Assembly: GCA_964016885.1 (NCBI GenBank)
Contig: OZ024740.1
Coordinates: 238,452,001-238,516,000, forward strand
Direction: 5' to 3'
From: Eledone cirrhosa
Taxonomy: Eukaryota
DNA: 64,000 nt
Shown here one piece after another: positions 1 to 14,463 of this stretch. The notes beneath the pieces are model-generated. The model was not told the DNA's origin and did not search any database. It saw only the letters and a list, made by a program, of their open reading frames with translations. The translations under genes were made by a program, and so were the position numbers. How positions within the stretch are numbered: the first letter of the stretch is position 1; each line of letters opens with the position of its first letter.

Positions 1-3000
1 GTATGGTAGTGAAGGTAGAGGTGTTGTAGTGACTGTATGGTGTGGTGTTGTATGGTAGTGAAGGTAGAGGTGTTGTAGTGACTGTATGGTGTGGTGTTGT
101 ATGGTAGTGAAGGTAGAGGTGGTGTAGTGACTGTACGGTGTGGTGTTGTATGGTAGTGAAGATAGAGGTGTTGTAGTGACTGTATGGTGTGGTGTTGTAT
201 GGTAGTGAAGGTAGAGGTTTTGTAGTGACTGTATGGTGTGGTGTTGTATGGTAGTGAAGGTAGGGGTGTTGTAATGACTGTATGGTGTGGTGTTGTATGG
301 TATTGAAGGTAGAGGTGTTGTAGTGACTGTATAGTGTGGTGTTGTATGGTAGTGAAGGTAGAGCTGTTGTAGTGACTGTATAGTGTGGTGTTGTATGGTA
401 GTGAAGGTAGAGGTGTTGTAGTGACTGTATGGTGTGGTGTTGTATGGTAGTGAAGGTAGAGGTGTTGTAGTGACTGTATAGTGTGGTGTCGTATGGTAGT
501 GAAGGTAGAGGTGTTGTAGTGACTGTATAGTGTGGTGTTGTATGGTAGTGAAGGTAGAGCTGTTGTAGTGACTGTATATTGTGGTGTTGTATGGTAGTGA
601 AGGTAGGGGTGTTGTAATGACTGTATGGTGTGGTGTTGTATGGTAGTGAAGGTAGAGGTGTTGTAGTGACTGTATGGTGTTGTATGGTAGTGAAGGTAGA
701 GGTGTTGTAGTGACTGTATAGTGTGGTGTTGTATGGTAGTGAAGATAGAGGTGTTGTATTGACTGTATAGTGTGGTGTTGTATGGTATTAAAGGTAGAGG
801 TGTTGTATTGACTGTATGGTTTGGTGTTGTATGGTAGTGAAGGTAGAGGTGGTGTAGTGACTGCATGGTGTGTTGTTGTATGGTAGTGAAGGTAGAGGTG
901 TTGTAGTGACTGTATGGTGTGGTGTTGTATGGTAGTGAAGGTAGAAGTGTTGTAGTGAGTGTATGGTGTGGTGTTGTATGGTAGTGAAGGTAGAGGTGTT
1001 GTAGTGACTGTATAGTGTGGTGTTGTATGGTAGTGAAGGTAGAGCTGTTGTAGTGACTGTATAGTGTGGTGTTGTATGGTAGTGAAGGTAGGGGTGTTGT
1101 AATGACTGTATGGTGTGGTGTTGTATGGTAGTGAAGGTAGAGGTGTTGTAGTGACTGTATTGTGTGGTGTTGTATGGTAGTGAAGGTAGAGGTGTTGTAG
1201 TGACTGTATGGTGTGGTGTTGTATGGTAGTGAAGGTAGAGGTGGTGTAATGACTGTATAGTGTGGTGTTGTATGGTAGTGAAGGTAGAGGTGTTGTAGTG
1301 ACTGTATGGTGTGGTGTTGTATGGTAGTGAAGGTAGAGGTGTTGTAGTGACTGTATGGTGTGGTGTGGTATGGTAGTGAAGGTAGAGGTGTTGTAGTGAC
1401 TGTATGGTGTGGTGTTGTATGGTAGTGAAGGTAGAGGTGGTGTAGTGACTGTATAGTGTGGGGTGTTGTATGGTAGTGAAGGTGGAGGTGTTGTAGTGAC
1501 TGTATGGTGTGGTGTTGTTTGGTAGTGAAGGTAGAGGTGTTGTTGTGACTGTATGGTGTGGTGTTGTATGGTAGTGAAGGTAGAGGTGTTGTATTGACTG
1601 TATGGTGTGGTGTTGTATGGTAGTGAAGGTAGAGGTGTTGTAGTGACTGTATGGTGTGGTGTTGTATGGTAGTGAAGGTAGAGGTGTTGTAGTGACTGTA
1701 TGGTGTGGTGTTGTATGGTAGTGAAGGTAGAGGTTTTGGAGTGACTGTATAGTGTGGTGTTGTATGGTAGTGAAGGTAGAGGTGTTGTAGTGACTGTATA
1801 GTGTGGTGTTGTATGGTAGTGAAGGTAGAGGTGTTGTAGTGACTGTATAGTGTGGTGTTGTATGGTAGTGAAGATAGAGGTGTTGTAGTGACTGTATAGT
1901 GTGGTGTGGTATGGTAGTGAAGATAGAGGTGTTGTATTGACTGTATAGTGTGGTGTTGTATGGTAGTGAAGGTAGAGGTGGTGTAGTGACTGCATGGTGT
2001 GTTGTTGTATGGTAGTGAAGGTAGAGGTGTTGTAGTGACTGTATGGTGTGGTGTTGTATGGTAGTGAAGGTAGAAGTGTTGTAGTGAGTGTATGGTGTGG
2101 TGTTGTATGGTAGTGAAGGTAGAGGTGTTGTAGTGACTGTATAGTGTGGTGTTGTATGGTAGTGAAGGTAGAGCTGTTGTAGTGACTGTATAGTGTGGTG
2201 TTGTATGGTAGTGAAGGTAGGGGTGTTGTAATGACTGTATGGTGTGGTGTTGTATGGTAGTGAAGGTAGAGGTGTTGTAGTGACTGTATTGTGTGGTGTT
2301 GTATGGTAGTGAAGGTAGAGGTATTGTAGTGACTGTATGGTGTGGTGTTGTATGGTAGTGAAGGTAGAGGTGGTGTAATGACTGTATAGTGTGGTGTTGT
2401 ATGGTAGTGAAGGTAGAGGTGTTGTAGTGACTGTATGGTGTGGTGTTGTATGGTAGTGAAGGTAGAGGTGTTGTAGTGACTGTATGGTGTGGTGTGGTAT
2501 GGTAGTGAAGGTAGAGGTGTTGTAGTGACTGTATGGTGTGGTGTTGTATGGTAGTGAAGGTAGAGGTGGTGTAGTGACTGTATAGTGTGGGGTGTTGTAT
2601 GGTAGTGAAGGTGGAGGTGTTGTAGTGACTGTATGGTGTGGTGTTGTTTGGTAGTGAAGGTAGAGGTGTTGTTGTGACTGTATGGTGTGGTGTTGTATGG
2701 TAGTGAAGGTAGAGGTGTTGTATTGACTGTATGGTGTGGTGTTGTATGGTAGTGAAGGTAGAGGTGTTGTAGTGACTGTATGGTGTGGTGTTGTATGGTA
2801 GTGAAGGTAGAGGTGTTGTAGTGACTGTATGGTGTGGTGTTGTATGGTAGTGAAGGTAGAGGTTTTGGAGTGACTGTATAGTGTGGTGTTGTATGGTAGT
2901 GAAGGTAGAGGTGTTGTAGTGACTGTATAGTGTGGTGTTGTATGGTAGTGAAGGTAGAGGTGTTGTAGTGACTGTATAGTGTGGTGTTGTATGGTAGTGA

Positions 3001-6000
3001 AGATAGAGGTGTTGTAGTGACTGTATAGTGTGGTGTGGTATGGTAGTGAAGATAGAGGTGTTGTATTGACTGTATAGTGTGGTGTTGTATGGTAGTGAAG
3101 GTAGAGGTGTTGTAGTGACTGTATAGTGTGGTGTTGTATGGTAGTGAAGGTAGAGGTGTTGTAGTGACTGTATAGTGTGGTGTGGTATGGTAGTGAAGGT
3201 AGAGGTGTTGTAGTGGCTGTATGGTGTGGTGTTGTATGGTAGTGAAGGTAGAGGTGTTGTAGTGACTGTATGGTGTGGTGTTGTATGGTAGTGAAGGTAG
3301 AGGTGTTGTAGTGACTGTACGGTGTGGTGTTGTATGGTAGTGAAGATAGAGGTGTTGTAGTGACTGTATAGTGTGGTGTTGTATGGTAGTGAAGGTAGAG
3401 GTGTTGTAGTGACTGTATGGTGTGGTGTTGTATGGTAGTGAAGGTAGAGGTTTTGTAGTGACTGTATGGTGTGGTGTTGTATGGTAGTGAAGGTAGAGGT
3501 GTTGTAGTGACTGTATAGTGTGGTGTTGTATGGTAGTGAAGGTAGAGGTGTTGTAGTGACTGTATGGTGTGGTGTTGTATGGTAGTGAAGGTAGAGGTGT
3601 TGTAGTGACTGTATAGTGTGGGGTGTTGTATGGTAGTGAAGGTAGAGGTGGTGCAGTGACTGTATGGTGTGGTGTTGTATGGTAGTGAAGGTAGAGGTGT
3701 TGTAGTGACTGTATGGTGTGGTGTTGTATGGTAGTGAAGCTAGAGGTGTTGTAGTGACTGTATGGTGTGGTGTTGTATGGTAGTGAAGGTAGAGGTGTTG
3801 TAGTGACTGTATAGTGTGGTGTTGTATGGTAGTGAAGGTAGAGGTGGTGTAGTGACTGTATGGTGTGGTGTTGTATTGTAGTGAAAATAGAGGTGTTGCA
3901 GTGACTGTATGGTGTGGTGTTGTGTGGTAGTGAAGGTAGAGGTGTTGTAGTGACTGTATAGTGTGGTGTGGTATGGTAGTGAAGGTAGAGGTGTTCTAGT
4001 GACTGTATGGTGTGGTGTTGTATGGTAGTGAAGGTAGAGGTGGTGTAGTGACTGTATGGTGTGGTGTTGTATGATAGTGAAGGTAGAGGTGTTCTAGTGA
4101 CTGTATGGTGTGGTGTTGTATGGTAGTGAACGTAGAGGTGTTGTAGTGACTGTATGGTGTGGTGTTGTATGGTAGTGAAGGTATGGGTGTTGTAATGACT
4201 GTATGGTGTGGTGTTGTATGGTAGTGAAGGTAGAGGTGTTGTAGTGACTGTATAGTGTGGTGTTGTATGGTAGTGAAGGTAGAGCTGTTGTAGTGACTGT
4301 ATAGTGTGGTGTTGTATGGTAGTGAAGGTAGAGGTGTTGTAGTGACTGTATGGTGTGGTGTTGTATGGTAGTGAAGGTAGAGGTGTTGTAGTGACTGTAT
4401 AGTGTGGTGTCGTATGGTAGTGAAGGTAGAGGTGTTGTAGTGACTGTATAGTGTGGTGTTGTATGGTAGTGAAGGTAGAGCTGTTGTAGTGACTGTATAG
4501 TGTGGTGTTGTAATGACTGTATGGTGTGGTGTTGTATGGTAGTGAAGGTAGAGGTGTTGTAGTGACTGTATGGTGTGGTGTTGTATGGTAGTGAAGGTAG
4601 AGGTGTTGTAGTGACTGTATAGTGTGGTGTTGTATGGTAGTGAAGATAGAGGTGTTGTATTGACTGTATAGTGTGGTGTTGTATGGTATTAAAGGTAGAG
4701 GTGTTGTATTGACTGTATGGTTTGGTGTTGTATGGTAGTGAAGGTAGAGGTGGTGTAGTGACTGCATGGTGTGTTGTTGTATGGTAGTGAAGGTAGAGGT
4801 GTTGTAGTGACTGTATGGTGTGGTGTTGTATGGTAGTGAAGGTAGAAGTGTTGTAGTGAGTGTATGGTGTGGTGTTGTATGGTAGTGAAGGTAGAGGTGT
4901 TGTAGTGACTGTATAGTGTGGTGTTGTATGGTAGTGAAGGTAGAGCTGTTGTAGTGACTGTATAGTGTGGTGTTGTATGGTAGTGAAGGTAGGGGTGTTG
5001 TAATGACTGTATGGTGTGGTGTTGTATGGTAGTGAAGGTAGAGGTGTTGTAGTGACTGTATTGTGTGGTGTTGTATGGTAGTGAAGGTAGAGGTGTTGTA
5101 GTGACTGTATGGTGTGGTGTTGTATGGTAGTGAAGGTAGAGGTGGTGTAATGACTGTATAGTGTGGTGTTGTATGGTAGTGAAGGTAGAGGTGTTGTAGT
5201 GACTGTATGGTGTGGTGTTGTATGGTAGTGAAGGTAGAGGTGTTGTAGTGACTGTATGGTGTGGTGTGGTATGGTAGTGAAGGTAGAGGTGTTGTAGTGA
5301 CTGTATGGTGTGGTGTTGTATGGTAGTGAAGGTAGAGGTGGTGTAGTGACTGTATAGTGTGGGGTGTTGTATGGTAGTGAAGGTGGAGGTGTTGTAGTGA
5401 CTGTATGGTGTGGTGTTGTTTGGTAGTGAAGGTAGAGGTGTTGTTGTGACTGTATGGTGTGGTGTTGTATGGTAGTGAAGGTAGAGGTGTTGTATTGACT
5501 GTATGGTGTGGTGTTGTATGGTAGTGAAGGTAGAGGTGTTGTAGTGACTGTATGGTGTGGTGTTGTATGGTAGTGAAGGTAGAGGTGTTGTAGTGACTGT
5601 ATGGTGTGGTGTTGTATGGTAGTGAAGGTAGAGGTTTTGGAGTGACTGTATAGTGTGGTGTTGTATGGTAGTGAAGGTAGAGGTGTTGTAGTGACTGTAT
5701 AGTGTGGTGTTGTATGGTAGTGAAGGTAGAGGTGTTGTAGTGACTGTATAGTGTGGTGTTGTATGGTAGTGAAGATAGAGGTGTTGTAGTGACTGTATAG
5801 TGTGGTGTGGTATGGTAGTGAAGATAGAGGTGTTGTATTGACTGTATAGTGTGGTGTTGTATGGTAGTGAAGGTAGAGGTGTTGTAGTGACTGTATAGTG
5901 TGGTGTTGTATGGTAGTGAAGGTAGAGGTGTTGTAGTGACTGTATAGTGTGGTGTGGTATGGTAGTGAAGGTAGAGGTGTTGTAGTGGCTGTATGGTGTG

Positions 6001-9000
6001 GTGTTGTATGGTAGTGAAGGTAGAGGTGTTGTAGTGACTGTATGGTGTGGTGTTGTATGGTAGTGAAGGTAGAGGTGTTGTAGTGACTGTACGGTGTGGT
6101 GTTGTATGGTAGTGAAGATAGAGGTGTTGTAGTGACTGTATAGTGTGGTGTTGTATGGTAGTGAAGGTAGAGGTGTTGTAGTGACTGTATGGTGTGGTGT
6201 TGTATGGTAGTGAAGGTAGAGGTTTTGTAGTGACTGTATGGTGTGGTGTTGTATGGTAGTGAAGGTAGAGGTGTTGTAGTGACTGTATAGTGTGGTGTTG
6301 TATGGTAGTGAAGGTAGAGGTGTTGTAGTGACTGTATGGTGTGGTGTTGTATGGTAGTGAAGGTAGAGGTGTTGTAGTGACTGTATAGTGTGGGGTGTTG
6401 TATGGTAGTGAAGGTAGAGGTGGTGCAGTGACTGTATGGTGTGGTGTTGTATGGTAGTGAAGGTAGAGGTGTTGTAGTGACTGTATGGTGTGGTGTTGTA
6501 TGGTAGTGAAGCTAGAGGTGTTGTAGTGACTGTATGGTGTGGTGTTGTATGGTAGTGAAGGTAGAGGTGTTGTAGTGACTGTATAGTGTGGGGTGTTGTA
6601 TGGTAGTGAAGGTAGAGGTGTTGTAGTGACTGTATGGTGTGGTGTGGTATGGTAGTGAAGGTAGAGGTGTTGTAGTGACTGTATGGTGTGGTGTTGTATG
6701 GTAGTGAAGGTAGAGGTGGTGTAGTGACTGTATAGTGTGGGGTGTTGTATGGTAGTGAAGGTGGAGGTGTTGTATTGACTGTATGGTGTGGTGTTGTATG
6801 GTAGTGAAGGTAGAGGTGTTGTAGTGACTCTATGGTGTGGTGTTGTATGGTAGTGAAGGTAGAGGTGTTGTAGTGACTGTATGGTGTGGTGTTGTATGGT
6901 AGTGAAGGTAGAGGTGTTGGAGTGACTGTATAGTGTGGTGTTGTATGGTAGTGAAGGTAGAGGTGTTGTAGTGACTGTATAGTGTGGTGTTGTATGGTAG
7001 TGAAGATAGAGGTGTTGTAGTGACTGTATAGTGTGGTGTGGTATGGTAGTGAAGATAGAGGTGTTGTATTGACTGTATAGTGTGGTGTTGTATGGTAGTG
7101 AAGGTAGAGGTGTTGTAGTGACTGTATAGTGTGGTGTTGTATGGTAGTGAAGGTAGAGGTGTTGTAGTGACTGTATAGTGTGGTGTGGTATGGTAGTGAA
7201 GGTAGAGGTGTTGTAGTGGCTGTATGGTGTGGTGTTGTATGGTAGTGAAGGTAGAGGTGTTGTAGTGACTGTATGGTGTGGTGTTGTATGGTAGTGAAGG
7301 TAGAGGTGGTGTAGTGACTGTACGGTGTGGTGTTGTATGGTAGTGAAGATAGAGGTGTTGTAGTGACTGTATGGTGTGGTGTTGTATGGTAGTGAAGGTA
7401 GAGGTTTTGTAGTGACTGTATGGTGTGGTGTTGTATGGTAGTGAAGGTAGTGGTGTTGTAATGACTGTATGGTGTGGTGTTGTATGGTAGTGAAGGTAGA
7501 GGTGTTGTAGTGACTGTATAGTGTGGTGTTGTATGGTAGTGAAGGTAGAGCTGTTGTAGTGACTGTATAGTGTGGTGTTGTATGGTAGTGAAGGTAGAGG
7601 TGTTGTAGTGACTGTATGGTGTGGTGTTGTATGGTAGTGAAGGTAGAGGTGTTGTAGTGACTGTATAGTGTGGTGTCGTATGGTAGTGAAGGTAGAGGTG
7701 TTGTAGTGACTGTATAGTGTGGTGTTGTATGGTAGTGAAGGTAGAGCTGTTGTAGTGACTGTATAGTGTGGTGTTGTATGGTAGTGAAGGTAGGGGTGTT
7801 GTAATGACTGTATGGTGTGGTGTTGTATGGTAGTGAAGGTAGAGGTGTTGTAGTGACTGTATGGTGTTGTATGGTAGTGAAGGTAGAGGTGTTGTAGTGA
7901 CTGTATAGTGTGGTGTTGTATGGTAGTGAAGATAGAGGTGTTGTATTGACTGTATAGTGTGGTGTTGTATGGTATTAAAGGTAGAGGTGTTGTATTGACT
8001 GTATGGTTTGGTGTTGTATGGTAGTGAAGGTAGAGGTGGTGTAGTGACTGCATGGTGTGTTGTTGTATGGTAGTGAAGGTAGAGGTGTTGTAGTGACTGT
8101 ATGGTGTGGTGTTGTATGGTAGTGAAGGTAGAAGTGTTGTAGTGAGTGTATGGTGTGGTGTTGTATGGTAGTGAAGGTAGAGGTGTTGTAGTGACTGTAT
8201 AGTGTGGTGTTGTATGGTAGTGAAGGTAGAGCTGTTGTAGTGACTGTATAGTGTGGTGTTGTATGGTAGTGAAGGTAGGGGTGTTGTAATGACTGTATGG
8301 TGTGGTGTTGTATGGTAGTGAAGGTAGAGGTGTTGTAGTGACTGTATTGTGTGGTGTTGTATGGTAGTGAAGGTAGAGGTGTTGTAGTGACTGTATGGTG
8401 TGGTGTTGTATGGTAGTGAAGGTAGAGGTGGTGTAATGACTGTATAGTGTGGTGTTGTATGGTAGTGAAGGTAGAGGTGTTGTAGTGACTGTATGGTGTG
8501 GTGTTGTATGGTAGTGAAGGTAGAGGTGTTGTAGTGACTGTATGGTGTGGTGTGGTATGGTAGTGAAGGTAGAGGTGTTGTAGTGACTGTATGGTGTGGT
8601 GTTGTATGGTAGTGAAGGTAGAGGTGGTGTAGTGACTGTATAGTGTGGGGTGTTGTATGGTAGTGAAGGTGGAGGTGTTGTAGTGACTGTATGGTGTGGT
8701 GTTGTTTGGTAGTGAAGGTAGAGGTGTTGTTGTGACTGTATGGTGTGGTGTTGTATAGTAGTGAAGGTAGAGGTGTTGTATTGACTGTATGGTGTGGTGT
8801 TGTATGGTAGTGAAGGTAGAGGTGTTGTAGTGACTGTATGGTGTGGTGTTGTATGGTAGTGAAGGTAGAGGTGTTGTAGTGACTGTATGGTGTGGTGTTG
8901 TATGGTAGTGAAGGTAGAGGTTTTGGAGTGACTGTATAGTGTGGTGTTGTATGGTAGTGAAGGTAGAGGTGTTGTAGTGACTGTATAGTGTGGTGTTGTA

Positions 9001-12000
9001 TGGTAGTGAAGGTAGAGGTGTTGTAGTGACTGTATAGTGTGGTGTTGTATGGTAGTGAAGATAGAGGTGTTGTAGTGACTGTATAGTGTGGTGTGGTATG
9101 GTAGTGAAGATAGAGGTGTTGTATTGACTGTATAGTGTGGTGTTGTATGGTAGTGAAGGTAGAGGTGTTGTAGTGACTGTATGGTGTGGTGTTGTATGGT
9201 AGTGAAGGTAGAGGTGTTGTAGTGACTGTATAGTGTGGTGTTGTATGGTAGTGAAGGTAGAGGTGTTGTAGTGACTGTATAGTGTGGTGTGGTATGGTAG
9301 TGAAGGTAGAGGTGTTGTAGTGGCTGTATGGTGTGGTGTTGTATGGTAGTGAAGGTAGAGGTGTTGTAGTGACTGTATGGTGTGGTGTTGTATGGTAGTG
9401 AAGGTAGAGGTGTTGTAGTGACTGTACGGTGTGGTGTTGTATGGTAGTGAAGATAGAGGTGTTGTAGTGACTGTATAGTGTGGTGTTGTATGGTAGTGAA
9501 GGTAGAGGTGTTGTAGTGACTGTATGGTGTGGTGTTGTATGGTAGTGAAGGTAGAGGTTTTGTAGTGACTGTATGGTGTGGTGTTGTATGGTAGTGAAGG
9601 TAGAGGTGTTGTAGTGACTGTATAGTGTGGTGTTGTATGGTAGTGAAGGTAGAGGTGTTGTAGTGACTGTATGGTGTGGTGTTGTATGGTAGTGAAGGTA
9701 GAGGTGTTGTAGTGACTGTATAGTGTGGGGTGTTGTATGGTAGTGAAGGTAGAGGTGGTGCAGTGACTGTATGGTGTGGTGTTGTATGGTAGTGAAGGTA
9801 GAGGTGTTGTAGTGACTGTATGGTGTGGTGTTGTATGGTAGTGAAGCTAGAGGTGTTGTAGTGACTGTATGGTGTGGTGTTGTATGGTAGTGAAGGTAGA
9901 GGTGTTGTAGTGACTGTATAGTGTGGGGTGTTGTATGGTAGTGAAGGTAGAGGTGTTGTAGTGACTGTATGGTGTGGTGTGGTATGGTAGTGAAGGTAGA
10001 GGTGTTGTAGTGACTGTATGGTGTGGTGTTGTATGGTAGTGAAGGTAGAGGTGGTGTAGTGACTGTATAGTGTGGGGTGTTGTATGGTAGTGAAGGTGGA
10101 GGTGTTGTAGTGACTGTATGGTGTGGTGTTGTTTGGTAGTGAAGGTAGAGGTGTTGTTGTGACTGTATGGTGTGGTGTTGTATGGTAGTGAAGGTAGAGG
10201 TGTTGTATTGACTGTATGGTGTGGTGTTGTATGGTAGTGAAGGTAGAGGTGTTGTAGTGACTGTATGGTGTGGTGTTGTATGGTAGTGAAGGTAGAGGTG
10301 TTGTAGTGACTGTATGGTGTGGTGTTGTATGGTAGTGAAGGTAGAGGTGTTGGAGTGACTGTATAGTGTGGTGTTGTATGGTAGTGAAGGTAGAGGTGTT
10401 GTAGTGACTGTATAGTGTGGTGTTGTATGGTAGTGAAGATAGAGGTGTTGTAGTGACTGTATAGTGTGGTGTGGTATGGTAGTGAAGATAGAGGTGTTGT
10501 ATTGACTGTATAGTGTGGTGTTGTATGGTAGTGAAGGTAGAGGTGTTGTAGTGACTGTATAGTGTGGTGTTGTATGGTAGTGAAGGTAGAGGTGTTGTAG
10601 TGACTGTATAGTGTGGTGTGGTATGGTAGTGAAGGTAGAGGTGTTGTAGTGGCTGTATGGTGTGGTGTTGTATGGTAGTGAAGGTAGAGGTGTTGTAGTG
10701 ACTGTATAGTGTGGTGTTGTATGGTAGTGAAGGTAGAGGTGTTGTAGTGACTGTATAGTGTGGTGTTGTATGGTAGTGAAGATAGAGGTGTTGTAGTGAC
10801 TGTATGGTGTGGTGTTGTATGGTAGTGAAGGTAGAGGTTTTGTAGTGACTGTATGGTGTGGTGTTGTATGGTAGTGAAGGTAGAGGTGTTGTAGTGACTG
10901 TATAGTGTGGTGTTGTATGGTAGTGAAGGTAGAGGTGTTGTAGTGACTGTATGGTGTGGTGTTGTATGGTAGTGAAGGTAGAGGTGTTGTAGTGACTGTA
11001 TAGTGTGGGGTGTTGTATGGTAGTGAAGGTAGAGGTGGTGCAGTGACTGTATGGTGTGGTGTTGTATGGTAGTGAAGGTAGAGGTGTTGTAGTGACTGTA
11101 TAGTGTGGTGTTGTATGGTAGTGAAGGTAGAGGTGTTGTAGTGACTGTATGGTGTGGTGTTGTATGGTAGTGAAGGTAGAGGTGTTGTAGTGACTGTATA
11201 GTGTGGGGTGTTGTATGGTAGTGAAGGTAGAGGTGGTGCAGTGACTGTATGGTGTGGTGTTGTATGGTAGTGACGGTAGAGGTGTTGTATTGACTATATG
11301 GTTTGGTGTTGTATGGTAGTGAAGGTAGAGCTGTTGTAGTGACTGTATAGTGTGGTGTTGTATGGTAGTGAAGGTAGGGGTGTTGTAATGACTGTATGGT
11401 GTGGTGTTGTATGGTAGTGAAGGTAGAGGTGTTGTAGTGACTGTATGGTGTGGTGTTGTATGGTAGTGAAGGTAGAGGTGTTGTAGTGACTGTATAGTGT
11501 GGTGTTGTATGGTAGTGAAGATAGAGGTGTTGTAGTGACTGTATAGTGTGGTGTTGTATGGTATTAAAGGTAGAGGTGTTGTATTGACTGTATGGTTTGG
11601 TGTTGTATGGTAGTGAAGGTAGAGGTGGTGTAGTGACTGTATGGTGTGTTGTTGTATGGTAGTGAAGGTAGAGGTGTTGTAGTGACTGTATGGTGTGGTG
11701 TTGTATGGTAGTAAAGGTAGAAGTGTTGTAGTGAGTGTATGGTGTGGTGTTGTATGGTAGTGAAGGTAGAGGTGTTGTAGTGACTGTATAGTGTGGTGTT
11801 GTATGGTAGTGAAGGTAGAGCTGTTGTAGTGACTGTATAGTGTGGTGTTGTATGGTAGTGAAGGTAGGGGTGTTGTAATGTCTGTATGGTGTGGTGTTGT
11901 ATGGTAGTGATGGTAGAGGTGTTGTAGTGACTGTATTGTGTGGTGTTGTATGGTAGTGAAGGTAGAGGTGTTGTAGTGACTGTATGGTGTGGTGTTGTAT

Positions 12001-13393
12001 GGTAGTGAAGGTGGAGGTGTTGTAGTGACTGTATGGTGTGGTGTTGTTTGGTAGTGAAGGTAGAGGTGTTGGAGTGACTGTATAGTGTGGTGTTGTATGG
12101 TAGTGAAGGTAGAGGTGTTGTAGTGACTGTATGGTGTGGTGTTGTATGGTAGTGAAGGTAGAGGTGTTGTAGTGACTGTATGGTGTGGTGTTGTATGGTA
12201 GTGAAGGTAGAGGTGGTGTAGTGACTGTATAGTGTGGGGTGTTGTATGGTAGTGAAGGTGGAGGTGTTGTAGTGACTGTATGGTGTGGTGTTGTTTGGTA
12301 GTGAAGGTAGAGGTGTTGTAGTGACTGTATGGTGTGGTGTTGTATGGTAGTGAAGGTAGAGGTGTTGTAGTGACTGTATGGTGTGGTGTTGTATGGTAGT
12401 GAAGGTAGAGGTGTTGTAGTGACTGTATGGTGTGGTGTTGTTTGGTAGTGAAGGTAGAGGTGTTGTAGTGACTGTATGGTGTGGTGTTGTATGGTAGTGA
12501 AGGTAGAGGTGTTGTAGTGACTGTATGGTGTGGTGTTGTATGGTAGTGAAGGTAGAGGTGTTGTAGTGACTGTATGGTGTGGTGTTGTATGGTAGTGAAG
12601 GTAGAGGTGTTGTAGTGACTGTATGGTGTGGTGTTGTATGGTAGTGAAGGTAGAGGTGTTGTAGTGACTGTATAGTGTGGTGTTGTATGGTAGTGAAGGT
12701 AGAGGTGTTGTAGTGACTGTATGGTGTGGTGTGGTATGGTAGTGAAGGTAGAGGTGTTGTAGTGACTGTATGGTGTGGTGTTGTATGGTAGTGAAGGTAG
12801 AGGTGTTGTAGTGACTGTATGGTGTGGTGTTGTTTGGTAGTGAAGGTAGAGGTGTTGTAGTGACTGTATGGTGTGGTGTTGTATGGTAGTGAAGGTAGAG
12901 GTGTTGTAGTGACTGTATGGTGTGGTGTTGTATGGTAGTGAAGGTAGAGGTGTTGTAGTGACTGTATGGTGTGGTGTTGTATGGTAGTGAAGGTAGAGGT
13001 GTTGTAGTGACTGTATGGTGTGGTGTTGTATGGTAGTGAAGGTAGAGGTGTTGTAGTGACTGTATAGTGTGGTGTTGTATGGTAGTGAAGGTAGAGGTGT
13101 TGTAGTGACTGTATGGTGTGGTGTGGTATGGTAGTGAAGGTAGAGGTGTTGTAGTGACTGTATAGTGTGGGGTGTTGTATGGTAGTGAAGGTATAGGTGG
13201 TGCAGTGACTGTATGGTGTGGTGTTGTATGGTAGTGAAGGTAGAGGTGTTGTAGTGACTGTATAGTGTGGTGTTGTATGGTAGTGAAGGTAGAGGTGTTG
13301 TAGTGACTGTATGGTGTGGTGTTGTATGGTAGTGAAGGTAGAGGTGGTGTAGTGACTGTATGGTGTGGTGTTGTATGATAGTGAAGGTAGAGG
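1..13393. repeat. 49-bp G/T-rich tandem satellite (consensus GTATGGTAGTGAAGGTAGAGGTGTTGTAGTGACTGTATGGTGTGGTGTT), about 270 units, runs off the left window edge
   Basis: Unit recurs at positions 1, 50, 99 and so on. Diagnostic variants recur in ordered blocks. The array ends abruptly near 13393. Confidence 0.98.
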
Positions 13394-14098
13394 TCTTGAA
13401 ATAACAGATGAAGAGCTGTATAGTGATGCATAGAGACAGTAATGGAAATTATAGTGAGAGGTGTAAGAAGGTGGAGTTAGGTATGGGGTGTTGTGAGAGT
13501 AGAAACATCAGAGTCAATTGATTAAGTGGGATAGTGTGAGGTGTTCCCTCTTTTCACCCATTTGTTTCATAATATAAGGGAGCAAAAATCTGTTGTCAGA
13601 TTTTCTTTAAACAGTTTCCCTCTTTTGCTAAGCAAGCAGCTGTTTTAATAATAGTTGATATGAAAGTTGTTTGTCATACTACCCACCAGAGGACACCCAA
13701 CTGATTTCTCTAAACATTACACACCAGTTATTTCTCAACTTGTCTACTAAAATCCTACAGATCATTCTCTCTCTCTCTCTCTCTCACTCTCTCATTCTGC
13801 ATCATAATAGGACACCTGAGTGTGTGTGTGTGTGTGTGTGTATCTATCTAAACAAGCATACACATCCTATTGCAGTGGTTGATATATAAAAACTACAAAT
13901 ATTTTGTTGTTTATATATATATATATATATATAATACTCACTTGTAATAATTCTTTACACACATCTCACACTGTAACACACTTCTATTTGTGTAATATAT
14001 TTGCATTTGAGCTCGGAAGAAAATTCTCTATTCTTCTTTGAGCTAATATTATTATTATTACTGTGAACTGCGGAATACTCTTAATTCCGATCCTTGCA

Positions 14099-14149
<51 letters not shown>

Positions 14150-14154
<5 letters not shown>

Positions 14155-14270
14155 TAATTTATTCCAGGTTGAATTGAGGTAACCACAGTAAGTAAGGTAC
14201 TCAATACATTCCTGATGATTTCTAAAGAATGAAACAGTTCTAGTCCTGTAGAATCTCATCTATATTAAAA
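14150..14270 (+). mobile_element. TA-embedded short element with a hammerhead-like core; same family as 59690-59930
   Basis: gtaaggtactcaataca...CTGATGA-tttc-taaa-gaat-GAAAC-agttcta-GTC-ctgtag. Confidence 0.6.
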
Positions 14271-14327
14271 ATATATATATATAACAAAATGATTTGATGT
14301 ACCTTCTTTGGTTGTCAATTGAGTTAA

Positions 14328-14380
<53 letters not shown>

Positions 14381-14463
14381 AAGTTTTATTTAAATTGTTG
14401 GGTTACAACGAGTAAATATTTATAACTGATATAAAAGCACTCAACAAGTATTTGGAGTATATT

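Noticed and set aside
6830-13431. 407-aa and 1194-aa His/Thr-rich ORFs on the minus strand
   Set aside because: The satellite's minus-strand consensus has no stop codon in any frame, and the 49-bp unit cycles through all frames. Long ORFs are expected without coding function.
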